Shown piece after piece: positions 27,450 through 36,873 of a DNA stretch of 64,000 nt. The stretch lies in IMG/VR virus record IMGVR_UViG_3300029305_006397; one strand, 5' to 3'. Made by a program: the position numbers and the translations under genes. Each line of letters starts with the position of its first letter. Within the stretch, counting starts at the first letter, position 1. The notes under the pieces are model-generated. The model was not told where the DNA came from, did no database searches, and saw nothing but the letters and a program-made list of their open reading frames with translations. This DNA comes from a virus.

Positions 27450-28253
27450 TCAAATATATTCAAGACCAAGTTCCACGCTATTGAAAATGCTTTCTACTTC
27501 GGTATCCATGATGCCAATATACTTTAGTGTAACTTGCGGACTGGAATGACCAAACGCCTGTTGAAGTATAACCAGTGCTTTAGACTTATCTTCTGCGTTG
27601 TGCCATCTCCAATAGCCCCACGTTTTTCTCAGTGAATGCGACCCGATATTTTGTTTGATTCCAGCTTCCGCCGCTGTATCTTTTATAACTCTCCAGAGAT
27701 ATTTAGATTCAATCGGATCGTTTCCCTTTTGAGAAGGAAAAAGGTAATCGTCTAAATTATCTATTGGGTATTCTGAAATGAAATTCATAATTGCAGCCTG
27801 TACAGTTTGATTGAAAAACAGCTTTACAAATTTCTTTTGCTTCTTTTGCTTTTGCGGTTGCAAGGCATAGAATTGTTTAAAAGCAAGGTTTCCGGCATTA
27901 TTTCGTTCGAGAAAGAACGACCAGCGCAAAGTGCGAAGATCGGATGCCCGAACACCAACATTGATTCCGATCAAAAACAGTAGCTTGTTTCGCGAAGCAG
28001 TTTTTTTGCGACATACGCCAGAAGCTGACGTAATATGTTTATCAAATATGGCGATCATCGCCTGAATTTCTTCCTGGGTGCGAAATGCGTACACTTCTGA
28101 AGATTCGCCTGCAATTTTATTATTGCGGCTTTTATTGATCGAACCATCCAGATTGTACTTGACTTTCTTTTTCTGTTTACCGCCCTGCAAAACGCTAAGA
28201 GGAACGATGTTTGAAGTGTCCCGTTCAATCGGGAAAGCGACCACATTATTCAT
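27450..28253 (-). CDS. tyrosine recombinase / integrase
   Basis: R (GVRASDL), HSLRKT, GHSS..TLKYI catalytic-Tyr region; start placed at ATG 28253 overlapping upstream stop. Confidence 0.85.
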   Translation of the reverse strand: MNNVVAFPIERDTSNIVPLSVLQGGKQKKKVKYNLDGSINKSRNNKIAGESSEVYAFRTQEEIQAMIAIFDKHITSASGVCRKKTASRNKLLFLIGINVGVRASDLRTLRWSFFLERNNAGNLAFKQFYALQPQKQKKQKKFVKLFFNQTVQAAIMNFISEYPIDNLDDYLFPSQKGNDPIESKYLWRVIKDTAAEAGIKQNIGSHSLRKTWGYWRWHNAEDKSKALVILQQAFGHSSPQVTLKYIGIMDTEVESIFNSVELGLEYI

Positions 28254-28971
28254 GTACGATTTCAATCCTTTCTTTAATTTTTGATGTGTCAATGACCAAT
28301 TCATCTTCATCTCGGCCATTGAAATAAGCGAGGATTTCAGATTTATCGACGGTTGCCCTTTGAATATAACCTTTTTCATCGGCTATATCAAAGCGGTGGG
28401 CAAACCACTTTGCAGTTTCAAGACTCCAAGTCCACGAAAGACCATTGGGGTTACGACCCACAGAGACGCCACGATATACCGTAAGATGCTGAGGCAACCT
28501 TTCGTAATAAGCAAGTTCATCAGCATCCATGAGATACTTTTTATTTGCCTGACGGAACCACGATGCAGCTGTACGCAAGGAAACATTTGCATCTTGATTT
28601 GGATTTTCTACGTTTACCCATACAGTTGCCAACATCCGATCCCGTTCTTCCTTTGAAAGATAGGTGCGGATATGTTTTAGAAAAGTAAGCTGATAAGCTT
28701 TTCGGATCATCATGACGACGCCAAATGCATTAGTTTGCTTATCAATTACCGGAAGCATTGCTTCACGAGCAAGATTAAGCTCATTTGAATCTAACAGATT
28801 CAGCATTTTCCATTCGCCATTAATCATCGCTGGATGCGTTGCAGTTTCAAAAACAGGGTGATAGAGAATAAAAGGCAAATCGCTTTGATGGATATTCATA
28901 TATAAGAATATCCTTGCCATTCTCTTGACTTCATTCAAATCAGTTTGCCTTTTCATGCTCAATTCTCCCAT
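28246..28971 (-). CDS. possible ADP-ribosyltransferase-like protein (R-S-E pattern)
   Basis: C-terminal TVYRGV...GLSWTWS...EDELVID fits the R / S-x-T / E-x-E arrangement; weak. Confidence 0.3.
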   Translation of the reverse strand: MGELSMKRQTDLNEVKRMARIFLYMNIHQSDLPFILYHPVFETATHPAMINGEWKMLNLLDSNELNLAREAMLPVIDKQTNAFGVVMMIRKAYQLTFLKHIRTYLSKEERDRMLATVWVNVENPNQDANVSLRTAASWFRQANKKYLMDADELAYYERLPQHLTVYRGVSVGRNPNGLSWTWSLETAKWFAHRFDIADEKGYIQRATVDKSEILAYFNGRDEDELVIDTSKIKERIEIVHE

Positions 28972-28976
28972 TTATT

Positions 28977-28995
28977 TTTGCACATTATGTTTGTA
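28977..28995 (-). promoter_or_regulatory. conserved phage motif copy
   Basis: TACAAACATAATGTGCAAA on minus strand, 6 nt upstream of the ATG at 28971 and just after a hairpin. Confidence 0.45.
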
Positions 28996-29070
28996 TAAAA
29001 TGCATAATCAGGTTTGCAAGCCCCTGATCTGATATTATTTTACCATATTTTGTACAGAAAATCAATCCCT

Positions 29071-29092
29071 TAAACATGATATGCAAAAATTA
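29071..29092 (+). promoter_or_regulatory. conserved phage motif copy, plus orientation
   Basis: TAAACATGATATGCAAAAATTA, divergent from the copy at 28977. Confidence 0.35.
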
Positions 29093-29106
29093 ATTTTCAT
29101 ATGCCA

Positions 29107-29463
29107 TTACATGATTGTTACTTCAATAGAGGTTCCTTCATAATTCCCCGACATGATTTCATAGCAAGAATCGGAAACAGAGGTAATGTTGATAAACTGA
29201 ATCGCTTTATCAAACATATTGTAGATAATCGGGAGTAAATAGCGGTGATTTGAGCACACATGAATATCACAAAGGATTCTTTCAAGAAATGTTCTTGCCT
29301 CAATTTTACAACTGGAAGCTAAAGCTTTTTCAAATTTTCCATGAATATTATACCATTCGTATCCTTCGGTATAAAAATCGGCCATTTTGCGAATAGATGG
29401 ATCGAGATCGAGCAATTCGAAATCGCCATCTGTTTTAAGTGTTATGTCGATTTCAATAAGCAC
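29107..29463 (-). CDS. hypothetical protein
   Basis: tiled minus-strand ORF, no motif. Confidence 0.55.
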   Translation of the reverse strand: MLIEIDITLKTDGDFELLDLDPSIRKMADFYTEGYEWYNIHGKFEKALASSCKIEARTFLERILCDIHVCSNHRYLLPIIYNMFDKAIQFINITSVSDSCYEIMSGNYEGTSIEVTIM

Positions 29464-29466
29464 ACT

Positions 29467-29844
29467 CTACCCCACCTTTTCTTCGGTATTCTCATATCGG
29501 ATGCGATCCATTATACGCTGAAAAATCCAATGAACGCGCAGAAAGCGATCCCATGACCAACGATCAGAACAATAGAAGGTTTCCCAACGCAGCATATCAA
29601 ACCAATCGTATACTGATTTTGATTTCTCTGCTTCTGTTTCCCATAAATGTTCCCAGTTACCCTGACACAAATTTTCCAGTAGGAAATTGGTTCTCCCAAT
29701 CATTCCAAATTTCCAGAATAAAAGATTCCTGGCAAAACGAAAATAATCTCGCTGAAAGTTGATAGAGGAGACATACCACGGACATGCATTTTGTTTTGCT
29801 GTAACTTTATTTATAAATTTCCTCGTAATTAAATAATGAAACAT
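29467..29844 (-). CDS. hypothetical protein
   Basis: tiled minus-strand ORF, no motif. Confidence 0.55.
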   Translation of the reverse strand: MFHYLITRKFINKVTAKQNACPWYVSSINFQRDYFRFARNLLFWKFGMIGRTNFLLENLCQGNWEHLWETEAEKSKSVYDWFDMLRWETFYCSDRWSWDRFLRVHWIFQRIMDRIRYENTEEKVG

Positions 29845-30123
29845 TTATTCCACCTCCGTATCAAACCCCAAGTCCATAAGCAGCTCACGAACTTCAGAAA
29901 TTCCATCACGAAAAGACTGTTGTACAAGAGATTCGGTACGCAATAGCTTTTCATGGTCGATCAACATTTCGTATCTAGACGCACTGATATTCCTTTTATT
30001 AGTATGCTCTGCGTCAAGGAGTTCCTTGACGACCAGCCTTCTTTCTTCTTCCATTTCAGCAAGCTTTTTACACTCTTGGCGGTATAATTCGGATACTTTA
30101 TCGATGACCTCTGACATTTTCAT
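29845..30123 (-). CDS. hypothetical protein
   Basis: start at ATG 30123 with GGAG SD. Confidence 0.55.
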   Translation of the reverse strand: MKMSEVIDKVSELYRQECKKLAEMEEERRLVVKELLDAEHTNKRNISASRYEMLIDHEKLLRTESLVQQSFRDGISEVRELLMDLGFDTEVE

Positions 30124-30371
30124 TTGTTTTTCTCCTTTACCATATCGGCCTGTTTTCTGCAATTCAAGGCATATTCCAGGCTGAAATTATCCAGATGCCC
30201 ATAGATACTTAAATCTCTGGCATTCTGCATACAGGCATAGAGCAGCAAAAATCTTTCATTTCGATCTTCATCGCCAACCTCATCCAAAGCATTACAGATA
30301 CAGTTAAGCTCCTCGGCTGACAAACAGACGACTGCTTTTCTTTCCACCTTGGAAACACTATTAATAATCAT
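30120..30371 (-). CDS. hypothetical protein
   Basis: tiled minus-strand ORF, no motif. Confidence 0.55.
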   Translation of the reverse strand: MIINSVSKVERKAVVCLSAEELNCICNALDEVGDEDRNERFLLLYACMQNARDLSIYGHLDNFSLEYALNCRKQADMVKEKNK

Positions 30372-30581
30372 TTATTCTGCCTCCGTCCATATATCTTTTT
30401 CCTGAATAGATGGAATTTCAATTTTTGTTTCGCGCCCATATTTATCTTTGACGTAGAAAATATATTCTATATCTCTATCACCGGAAACGATATAGCCTAT
30501 AGATGCTACAGATCCTACACCGTGCAACATTTCATACGCTTGCAAAAACGCAATAATTTGACTTGTACTTGCAGTTTTCAT
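30372..30581 (-). CDS. hypothetical protein
   Basis: tiled minus-strand ORF, no motif. Confidence 0.55.
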   Translation of the reverse strand: MKTASTSQIIAFLQAYEMLHGVGSVASIGYIVSGDRDIEYIFYVKDKYGRETKIEIPSIQEKDIWTEAE

Positions 30582-30582
30582 T

Positions 30583-30918
30583 TTACTTTACCTCCGTCCA
30601 GCCATTGCGCTGGATAATTCTGCGCATATTTTCAGCGCCTACAGGGTTCATGCTATGGATTCTGATGGGGTAATTGCGGCCAGTTTCTTCAAGCCAATCA
30701 AGTAACTTAATATAGTCGCCGCCATACTGGGCATAGTCGCCTGCGTCATGATCAAGGTCAATGAGTTCAATAGGTTCAATGCTTTCAATATCACCAAATT
30801 CTTTGATTTCATTTTCTCTAATCTGAATCTCTTTAATTGCTCTCCATACGCTATGGCACCAAACATAACCCTCCGGCGCAGGACGAACGTCATCCACCCA
30901 AAGCTTCATTTCATCCAC
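30583..30918 (-). CDS. cyclic-phosphate-processing receiver (cREC)-like domain protein
   Basis: LWVDDVRPAPEGYVW...DLDHDAGD...IRIHSMNPVGAENM matches my recollection of this phage receiver-like family. Confidence 0.5.
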   Translation of the reverse strand: MDEMKLWVDDVRPAPEGYVWCHSVWRAIKEIQIRENEIKEFGDIESIEPIELIDLDHDAGDYAQYGGDYIKLLDWLEETGRNYPIRIHSMNPVGAENMRRIIQRNGWTEVK

Positions 30919-31241
30919 TCTCCAAATCCATTTACATAGTGATTTCCATCGCTGCGAACCCTGACAAGCGTAAATGCCCTGGCAATGCGTTCACCCAAAG
31001 AGATATGCTCTTTATCAAACACATCATCAAATAGGCGCATGAACGTGCTGGGTTTATCGCAGGTATCGATGTAATCATACATGGCTGTACGCATGATTTC
31101 CGCCATTTTATATTCGCTGTAATGGTGGATAGGACAGGCACATTCTTCCGACATATAAGCCTTGACGCCATCGATTACATCGGCAGTATTTTCAGATCGA
31201 CGTTTGCAAGCCATAATGATATTAAACGTTCTTTCAGTCAT
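30906..31241 (-). CDS. hypothetical protein
   Basis: tiled minus-strand ORF, no motif. Confidence 0.55.
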   Translation of the reverse strand: MTERTFNIIMACKRRSENTADVIDGVKAYMSEECACPIHHYSEYKMAEIMRTAMYDYIDTCDKPSTFMRLFDDVFDKEHISLGERIARAFTLVRVRSDGNHYVNGFGEWMK

Positions 31242-31256
31242 ATTTCTTCGTCCTCC

Positions 31257-31469
31257 TTACGAATATTGAAAACCGCGAAGATCAGCAAAACCTTGTCCAA
31301 ATGCTTCTTCAAACAAACCTTGTGCTTCCGCTGCAGATCTGCAGGCAACGGTAATAAAATGCCCAGGTTCTTCAGTAAGCTTTAAAATCAAATATTCTCC
31401 GTCAATAAGCATCGAGCAGCATTCATACAAACATTCTGCACACTTAGGTGCGCTCAAACGAACTCTCAT
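31257..31469 (-). CDS. hypothetical protein
   Basis: tiled minus-strand ORF, no motif. Confidence 0.55.
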   Translation of the reverse strand: MRVRLSAPKCAECLYECCSMLIDGEYLILKLTEEPGHFITVACRSAAEAQGLFEEAFGQGFADLRGFQYS

Positions 31470-31473
31470 TTCA

Positions 31474-31680
31474 TTATTCCTTTCTATTCCATTCTTCTTT
31501 GGTCATTCCAAGCTCCTTCATGAGCAAGCGATTGACCAAGCCATTAAGCGAGATATTGAATATTTCACAATACTCTTTTATCGCGCTTTCGCGACCTTTG
31601 GGAAGATAAATTCTTGAAGTATAATAAGTTCTTTTATTATATTCCGCCTGATATTGACCCTTGGCATTACCGTTCGACAT
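31474..31680 (-). CDS. Arc/ribbon-helix-helix-type DNA-binding protein
   Basis: YLPKGRESAIKEYCEIFNISLNGLVNRLL; paralog of 52123..52341; start at ATG 31680 with GGAGGG SD. Confidence 0.5.
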   Translation of the reverse strand: MSNGNAKGQYQAEYNKRTYYTSRIYLPKGRESAIKEYCEIFNISLNGLVNRLLMKELGMTKEEWNRKE

Positions 31681-32008
31681 GAAATTCCCTCCAATTGAGA
31701 ATAAATCCGTTGTTAATGAAGCGTTCGATGAATGCAGCACGACCAGGATCATCGCCAGAAATCATGATGTTAATAGAGTTACTGGGTATAAGACAATTTT
31801 CCGTTTCAGGAATATCATTATAAAAAGAAAATTCTACATTCATCAGATCAAGGAGATGTCTTAACCTATCAAAAGTTTCATCTCTTAAAAGAGATAAGTT
31901 TTTGATGTAGGTATTTCCATAGGCAACCTTCACGATAGGCGTGATTGCCTGTAAATACTCTTTCATTTTCTCCTGATATCTGCGTTCAATTTCTTCATTT
32001 GAAAACAT
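31667..32008 (-). CDS. hypothetical protein
   Basis: tiled minus-strand ORF, no motif. Confidence 0.55.
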   Translation of the reverse strand: MFSNEEIERRYQEKMKEYLQAITPIVKVAYGNTYIKNLSLLRDETFDRLRHLLDLMNVEFSFYNDIPETENCLIPSNSINIMISGDDPGRAAFIERFINNGFILNWREFHVER

Positions 32009-32014
32009 GGCAAC

Positions 32015-32173
32015 TTACCTCCAGGGATTAGAATAAGAGTTCCACAATTCCCTTCCACAATGAGGGCAAAACTTCCACTCATTTTCGATAGCTTCTTGGT
32101 GATCGATTGGCTTCTGGCAAAAGCTGCAGCAATAAACCGGGATATTATCAATTATACACTGAATTTGAAGCAT
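32015..32173 (-). CDS. small zinc-ribbon protein
   Basis: CCSFC...CPHC; start at ATG 32173 with AAAGGAGGAA SD. Confidence 0.5.
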   Translation of the reverse strand: MLQIQCIIDNIPVYCCSFCQKPIDHQEAIENEWKFCPHCGRELWNSYSNPWR

Positions 32174-32186
32174 GGCGATTCCTCCT

Positions 32187-32444
32187 TTATTCTTTATCAC
32201 AAAGTTCTATACAAATAACTGCTTGTTCATAATATTCTCCACGAGATTCGTCGTAGAAAAGCTGATCTTCCGGATAGATATAGGCAATTTCGCGACCAAC
32301 ATAATTGATCATATCTTTTGGATAACAATACTCGGCATCGCCCTCGTAATAAATATCACGTTTGCTTTGCTGAACATTGAAATGGCTGATTTGTATTTTT
32401 CCTTCTACGACATGTTCTGCAAACAAAAGATCATGAAGTGTCAT
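32187..32444 (-). CDS. hypothetical protein
   Basis: GAGGAGGAA SD. Confidence 0.55.
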   Translation of the reverse strand: MTLHDLLFAEHVVEGKIQISHFNVQQSKRDIYYEGDAEYCYPKDMINYVGREIAYIYPEDQLFYDESRGEYYEQAVICIELCDKE

Positions 32445-32575
32445 AAAATTCCTCCTCTACATGCAAATCAATATTCACTCATATACCACGGAGCAATTCA
32501 AATTTTCCATCTGAGTTGCATCGTAGAACATGTAACATCAAAATTTCCATCTAACATTTAACTTGTTACATATGA

Positions 32576-32610
32576 GGGTAAATAAGAGGAGAGGTTTCGC
32601 TCTCTCCTCT
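32576..32610 (-). terminator. intrinsic terminator
   Basis: AGAGGAGAG-AGCGAAAC-CUCUCCUCU followed by UAUUUA on minus strand. Confidence 0.5.
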
Positions 32611-32617
32611 ATCTCGG

Positions 32618-32857
32618 TTATTCAACTGCTTTCCAATTCCCATATGTAAAAGGATATCCAGCGGCATTTTTTAGGCTCCGCAGAGCCTTTGTGAGAGCTT
32701 CTTCCTGAGCCTCACAAATAGGCCAAGGGTCATCACAGCAGCCTTCTGAGATCAATGTATGGACGCCACGCACACAGCGAATCATATCTTCCATTGACCG
32801 CATCATAGATTCCATTTTGTTCAAAGAATTATTCAGTCTGTTCTGACTTACATTCAT
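32618..32857 (-). CDS. hypothetical protein
   Basis: start moved to MNVSQNRL (ATG 32857). Confidence 0.5.
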   Translation of the reverse strand: MNVSQNRLNNSLNKMESMMRSMEDMIRCVRGVHTLISEGCCDDPWPICEAQEEALTKALRSLKNAAGYPFTYGNWKAVE

Positions 32858-33401
32858 TGTTACAACACTCCTCTCTGATACGAGCAGCGAGATCGTGAAA
32901 CACCTTTGCCCAAACATCTGCCTGTTCCGGCTTATCGATTTGAATAAACAGAATGGGAAGTATGATCTGGTTGTCCCAATTTTCTCTGAGATTATTACCA
33001 CCTACTTCAACGGCTTTATTCGACGCAGATACCATGACTCCATAAGCTCCATCATCATTCCTTCTCAGAGAAAATCTTGCTTGCCCAATCGGAATATGGA
33101 GCAAATCATATTTGACCTTTTCAAGCTTCTCTCTCAAATAAGAGTCATAATAATCATATTCAGTTTTGAGTTCGCTTTCCTGGCTAAATTCCTGAATTGC
33201 AGAATAGATATCCTCAATGATATCATTCTGAGGAATATCCTGTCGGAATTTTTCCACTGAATCATATTCCTCGGCAGTGCTGCCGCCGAAATAGAACCAA
33301 TTATCTCCGATCCGACATACAATACCATCATTATTAGGACTCTGTTCCAGTTTGATAATGCCATATCGAAGTCCATCTCGAATCATTTCCTTAAAAATCA
33401 T
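32829..33401 (-). CDS. hypothetical protein
   Basis: tiled minus-strand ORF, no motif. Confidence 0.6.
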   Translation of the reverse strand: MIFKEMIRDGLRYGIIKLEQSPNNDGIVCRIGDNWFYFGGSTAEEYDSVEKFRQDIPQNDIIEDIYSAIQEFSQESELKTEYDYYDSYLREKLEKVKYDLLHIPIGQARFSLRRNDDGAYGVMVSASNKAVEVGGNNLRENWDNQIILPILFIQIDKPEQADVWAKVFHDLAARIREECCNNECKSEQTE

Positions 33402-33403
33402 GT

Positions 33404-33595
33404 TTATTCCTCCACTTCTTCCGTGTAAATCGTAAATTCATCAGGGTCGCAATCAAACTTCTCACAGAATTTTTCGTTCTCTTTTTCGTGCCACCATTTA
33501 GCCCCCAATGCAGCATTATAATTGGAATACACTCCGCAGATTTTAATGAACTCCCCCGTTGCTTCGTCTGTTTTTACAATGATATGAACTTTCAT
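33404..33595 (-). CDS. hypothetical protein, paralog of 33605..33811
   Basis: MKVHIIVKTDEATGEFIKICGVY versus MNVYIIVATDSITGQFIRICEVY. Confidence 0.55.
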   Translation of the reverse strand: MKVHIIVKTDEATGEFIKICGVYSNYNAALGAKWWHEKENEKFCEKFDCDPDEFTIYTEEVEE

Positions 33596-33604
33596 TGTTT
33601 CCTC

Positions 33605-33811
33605 CTACATCTTAATATAAGCTGTACTTTCATGGATTGTAAAACAATAACGATCCATGTTCAGTTCGTTACTGAGTTCTTCATCCTCTTTTTCGAATCG
33701 TTCAACAGCTTTTAACGCTTCAACATGATCGTTGTACACTTCGCAGATACGAATAAACTGTCCAGTTATCGAATCAGTTGCGACAATGATATAAACATTC
33801 ATAATAGTCAT
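33605..33811 (-). CDS. hypothetical protein, paralog of 33404..33595
   Basis: tandem duplicate. Confidence 0.55.
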   Translation of the reverse strand: MTIMNVYIIVATDSITGQFIRICEVYNDHVEALKAVERFEKEDEELSNELNMDRYCFTIHESTAYIKM

Positions 33812-34344
33812 TCCTTTCTTTCATCAATATTTTCCAAACCAGCTTTCAGGTTGAACACGACTTTTTCAAGACACTCTCTGCAAAAGTGATGTTCATGGCT
33901 GCAAATCTTCACCGCATAAACGTGGTCTACAATTTTGGTATCGGATTCTTTCATCCAGCTTTCTCTATTTACAGCGAAGCAAATATCACAATTTGCGAAT
34001 GTACGGCAAGGTTTTACTTTGATTTCCGGCAACAATTTTTCTTTCTCAGATTCATAATTCGATTCCACTTTTCGCAGAAGAACCTCCGCAATAAACCTGA
34101 GATAAAAATTACGCTGACCATCGTCATCAAAACCACCTTTATACGCATCATCGAAATTATGATAATATACGCATACGCCATTTGCATCAGGGAAGCTGCA
34201 TGTAAGTTCACCCCAACGCAATCGCACATAGCCAATCAGCTTTCGTTCCGATTGTGTTTCATAATATACATCGTATTGTTCCGGACATCTCCAAGACGTT
34301 TCCACAAATACGATGCTTTTCATATCGTTGAATTGAAAAGTCAT
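33808..34344 (-). CDS. hypothetical cysteine-rich protein
   Basis: tiled minus-strand ORF. Confidence 0.6.
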   Translation of the reverse strand: MTFQFNDMKSIVFVETSWRCPEQYDVYYETQSERKLIGYVRLRWGELTCSFPDANGVCVYYHNFDDAYKGGFDDDGQRNFYLRFIAEVLLRKVESNYESEKEKLLPEIKVKPCRTFANCDICFAVNRESWMKESDTKIVDHVYAVKICSHEHHFCRECLEKVVFNLKAGLENIDERKE

Positions 34345-34380
34345 CCTTTCGCACCTCTTTTTTATTTGAAAAGTTGTTCG

Positions 34381-34707
34381 TTATTCGAGCCATTGTATAG
34401 CTTTATATTCTTTATCATTTGGCTTACGCAAAAACAGCAGCCATGTTTTACCATGCTCTGCCATTATCTCTTGGTCATCCAGATATAAACAAAACTCTTT
34501 GAACTCGATCCATCTGCTTGGGATGACGCCAGGTGGAAATAGTTCGCCGGGTTTTACTTCACGACTATAACGTTCTTCTATCCAGACCATCGGTGCAAAT
34601 GAGGTTCGGCAATCCAGAACATCATAAGCCATTTCAATACTAAGAGGAAGATTCTTTTCAAATACTTGGCCCCATGTAAGTTCCATTGCTTTGTCTAATC
34701 TTCCCAT
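34381..34707 (-). CDS. hypothetical protein
   Basis: start at ATG 34707 with GGAGGAA SD. Confidence 0.55.
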   Translation of the reverse strand: MGRLDKAMELTWGQVFEKNLPLSIEMAYDVLDCRTSFAPMVWIEERYSREVKPGELFPPGVIPSRWIEFKEFCLYLDDQEIMAEHGKTWLLFLRKPNDKEYKAIQWLE

Positions 34708-34964
34708 ACAGGTTTCCTCCAATCCAGTTTTTGTCCGCACTGCTTACAATAATGAGCTGATCTATAAACCACATCATTGCAAACAGGACAACGATCACCA
34801 TTGAACTTCGGCGATTTGACAACGTACTTCGGGATTTGCTTTTCAAGGGCAAAGCCTATAACATCAAGTTCTTTTGTGGCGGGAATTTTTCCGTCATAAA
34901 CCTGACAACCTATTTTAAAATAGACTTTTCTATATTCATCTGATCCGATTTTCATTATTCTCAC
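34695..34964 (-). CDS. hypothetical zinc-ribbon protein
   Basis: CPVC...CKQC. Confidence 0.5.
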   Translation of the reverse strand: MRIMKIGSDEYRKVYFKIGCQVYDGKIPATKELDVIGFALEKQIPKYVVKSPKFNGDRCPVCNDVVYRSAHYCKQCGQKLDWRKPVWED

Positions 34965-35110
34965 GCATCCTTACGCATTTCCTTTGCAAGTATATCGCAT
35001 GTCTTACGAACAGGACAGAGTGAACAAATAATTGGCTTATCAGAAAAATAGCAGTCGATGCAAACTGCATCTACCGCTTCAAGGTATTTCTTATACTGTT
35101 CTTTCGTCAT
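34961..35110 (-). CDS. 49-aa cysteine-rich micro-protein
   Basis: own translation MTKEQYKKYLEAVDAVCIDCYF...; GAGGTG SD. Confidence 0.4.
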   Translation of the reverse strand: MTKEQYKKYLEAVDAVCIDCYFSDKPIICSLCPVRKTCDILAKEMRKDA

Positions 35111-35120
35111 AAACTACACC

Positions 35121-35705
35121 TCACTTAGAGTTCCATTTGTTTTCCCACTTGGTTCCTTTGAAATTGAATCCGTCAATCATGTAGTGGGAAATTTCATCCA
35201 ATATTTCATCAGGCGTCTCATGAATAAACCTTTTCATATTCACTGTCGTTCTATCGTGATTATATTCATCAATGAAATCCATGATTTCTTTTACCGTGAT
35301 ATCGTTCCTTTGGATTTTATAAAAATCAGGATACCAACGATCAGAGAAAATTCCATTAAAGTAATCAGTGGCATACATGCCAGACATCATCGGAACCTTA
35401 TAACCATGGCTATAAACAATTTCGCTGATCCCCTTATTCTGTTCTCCGGTCTCAAAATCTGCTGCCGTAATGCTTGCATCTTCATAGTCTGAGAAAGTTC
35501 CTGAATACATCATGTAGCATTTCTTTCCAGGAATATCTTCATACCAATCCTCAGTAATATCTGCGCCAATCAAAGTTGCATGTCCGCAACCTGCGCAAAT
35601 CAAAAGAAGGTTTTTATCATTTTCAATCGCTTTATCAAGTTTGGCGGATTCAGTCATGTGGATTCTTCCACATTTGCAAATCCTCATATCATATTTATTG
35701 CCCAT
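35121..35705 (-). CDS. hypothetical zinc-ribbon protein
   Basis: CKCG...CAGCG; start at ATG 35705 with GGAGGA SD. Confidence 0.55.
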   Translation of the reverse strand: MGNKYDMRICKCGRIHMTESAKLDKAIENDKNLLLICAGCGHATLIGADITEDWYEDIPGKKCYMMYSGTFSDYEDASITAADFETGEQNKGISEIVYSHGYKVPMMSGMYATDYFNGIFSDRWYPDFYKIQRNDITVKEIMDFIDEYNHDRTTVNMKRFIHETPDEILDEISHYMIDGFNFKGTKWENKWNSK

Positions 35706-35736
35706 ATTAAATCCTCCGCATATTTTACTCATGCTG

Positions 35737-35952
35737 TTAGTAAAGAATCGTCACCTTTTCATCGTCTCCAAGAAGCATCCAATTGTGAATCAGAACTTTT
35801 CCCTCGTCAATGTTTTCGTTCTTACATAACTTAGCTAGAGCTTCGTTTTTAATACTATCGGTAAAAATATAATCGCCATCCACACATACAATAGCGATTT
35901 TAGCCGAATTGAAATTGGGATGATCGTACATGATATAAATCCAATTCTTCAT
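35737..35952 (-). CDS. hypothetical protein
   Basis: tiled minus-strand ORF, no motif. Confidence 0.55.
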   Translation of the reverse strand: MKNWIYIMYDHPNFNSAKIAIVCVDGDYIFTDSIKNEALAKLCKNENIDEGKVLIHNWMLLGDDEKVTILY

Positions 35953-35964
35953 AACTTGTTTTAC

Positions 35965-36129
35965 TTAACCCCCCACCTCATGCCAATAATCCAGATTGAC
36001 AAGCAACCATCTCGGATTCATTCTTTTATCAACAGTTTCGATGATAGCAGTATTATCTTCGTACAAACGAACGATCTTTCCGAAAAGTACGGGCAATACA
36101 GAACTTTGTATGGCAGTTCCTACGTCCAT
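35965..36129 (-). CDS. hypothetical protein
   Basis: start at ATG 36129 with AGGAGGAA SD. Confidence 0.5.
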   Translation of the reverse strand: MDVGTAIQSSVLPVLFGKIVRLYEDNTAIIETVDKRMNPRWLLVNLDYWHEVGG

Positions 36130-36425
36130 TAAGATTCCTCCTGCCAAAATTTGACCAGATGATAATCAAAGACAAGCTCTGCGTCCATACGCTTAAAGGC
36201 CGTCTTGAAATTTTCCATGTGAAGAAGCTCCCACATTTCTGCCGGAAGCTCAAACCAAACCTCGGCCACACGATCATTTGTAGGCAAATCGAATTTGCCT
36301 CGGCTGCCCCAGGCATCAAAGCAATGGAGAAAATCATTCACGGCTCCATTGACGCCATTGTAATTGACCACGGATACCATACCGTGAACATTCTGAAAAG
36401 CATATACGCACTTGCAATTCTTCAT
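36129..36425 (-). CDS. hypothetical protein
   Basis: tiled minus-strand ORF, no motif. Confidence 0.55.
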   Translation of the reverse strand: MKNCKCVYAFQNVHGMVSVVNYNGVNGAVNDFLHCFDAWGSRGKFDLPTNDRVAEVWFELPAEMWELLHMENFKTAFKRMDAELVFDYHLVKFWQEES

Positions 36426-36563
36426 TTACTCCTCCTCCATTGCTTCAATGTCTGATCCCAAACTTGGATTCCAAATCGATTCAGCCTTCAAAGTATTCCC
36501 GCAGGAGCATTTTTCACTGAACCAAACCCAATAACCACAGCAGTGGCAATGCCATTTATACAT
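36426..36563 (-). CDS. 45-aa zinc-ribbon micro-protein
   Basis: own translation MYKWHCHCCGYWVWFSEKCSCG...; GGAGAA SD. Confidence 0.4.
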   Translation of the reverse strand: MYKWHCHCCGYWVWFSEKCSCGNTLKAESIWNPSLGSDIEAMEEE

Positions 36564-36575
36564 TGAACATTCTCC

Positions 36576-36812
36576 TTAATCCAAGATCAATTCACCAGTG
36601 CTTTTGATTTTCGGCACATACTGGATGTAGTCGGGATGCAGAACCCATTCAATAAAGGGCGAAAGCACCTCACCGCATATGCTCATTTCAGCATCATCCA
36701 TTCTATCCACATTCAGCTTAATGCCAAGTTTCTTAAAAATGTTCTCTAACTGCTCGTCAAAAGAATAATCGATTTTTCTATTCAATTCCAACCACCCTCT
36801 CCATTTCTTCAA
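36576..36812 (-). CDS. hypothetical protein
   Basis: tiled minus-strand ORF (TTG start in track). Confidence 0.5.
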   Translation of the reverse strand: MKKWRGWLELNRKIDYSFDEQLENIFKKLGIKLNVDRMDDAEMSICGEVLSPFIEWVLHPDYIQYVPKIKSTGELILD

Positions 36813-36873
36813 CCAGTTCCAGAAGTTCCAGCAGCGTCAGTGTGATAGGACTGCCACATCTCTTATCAGTCAT
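36778..36873 (-). CDS. possible 31-aa micro-protein
   Basis: internal ATG 36873 of track ORF, GGAGGAGGA SD, overlaps upstream stop. Confidence 0.3.
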   Translation of the reverse strand: MTDKRCGSPITLTLLELLELVEEMERVVGIE

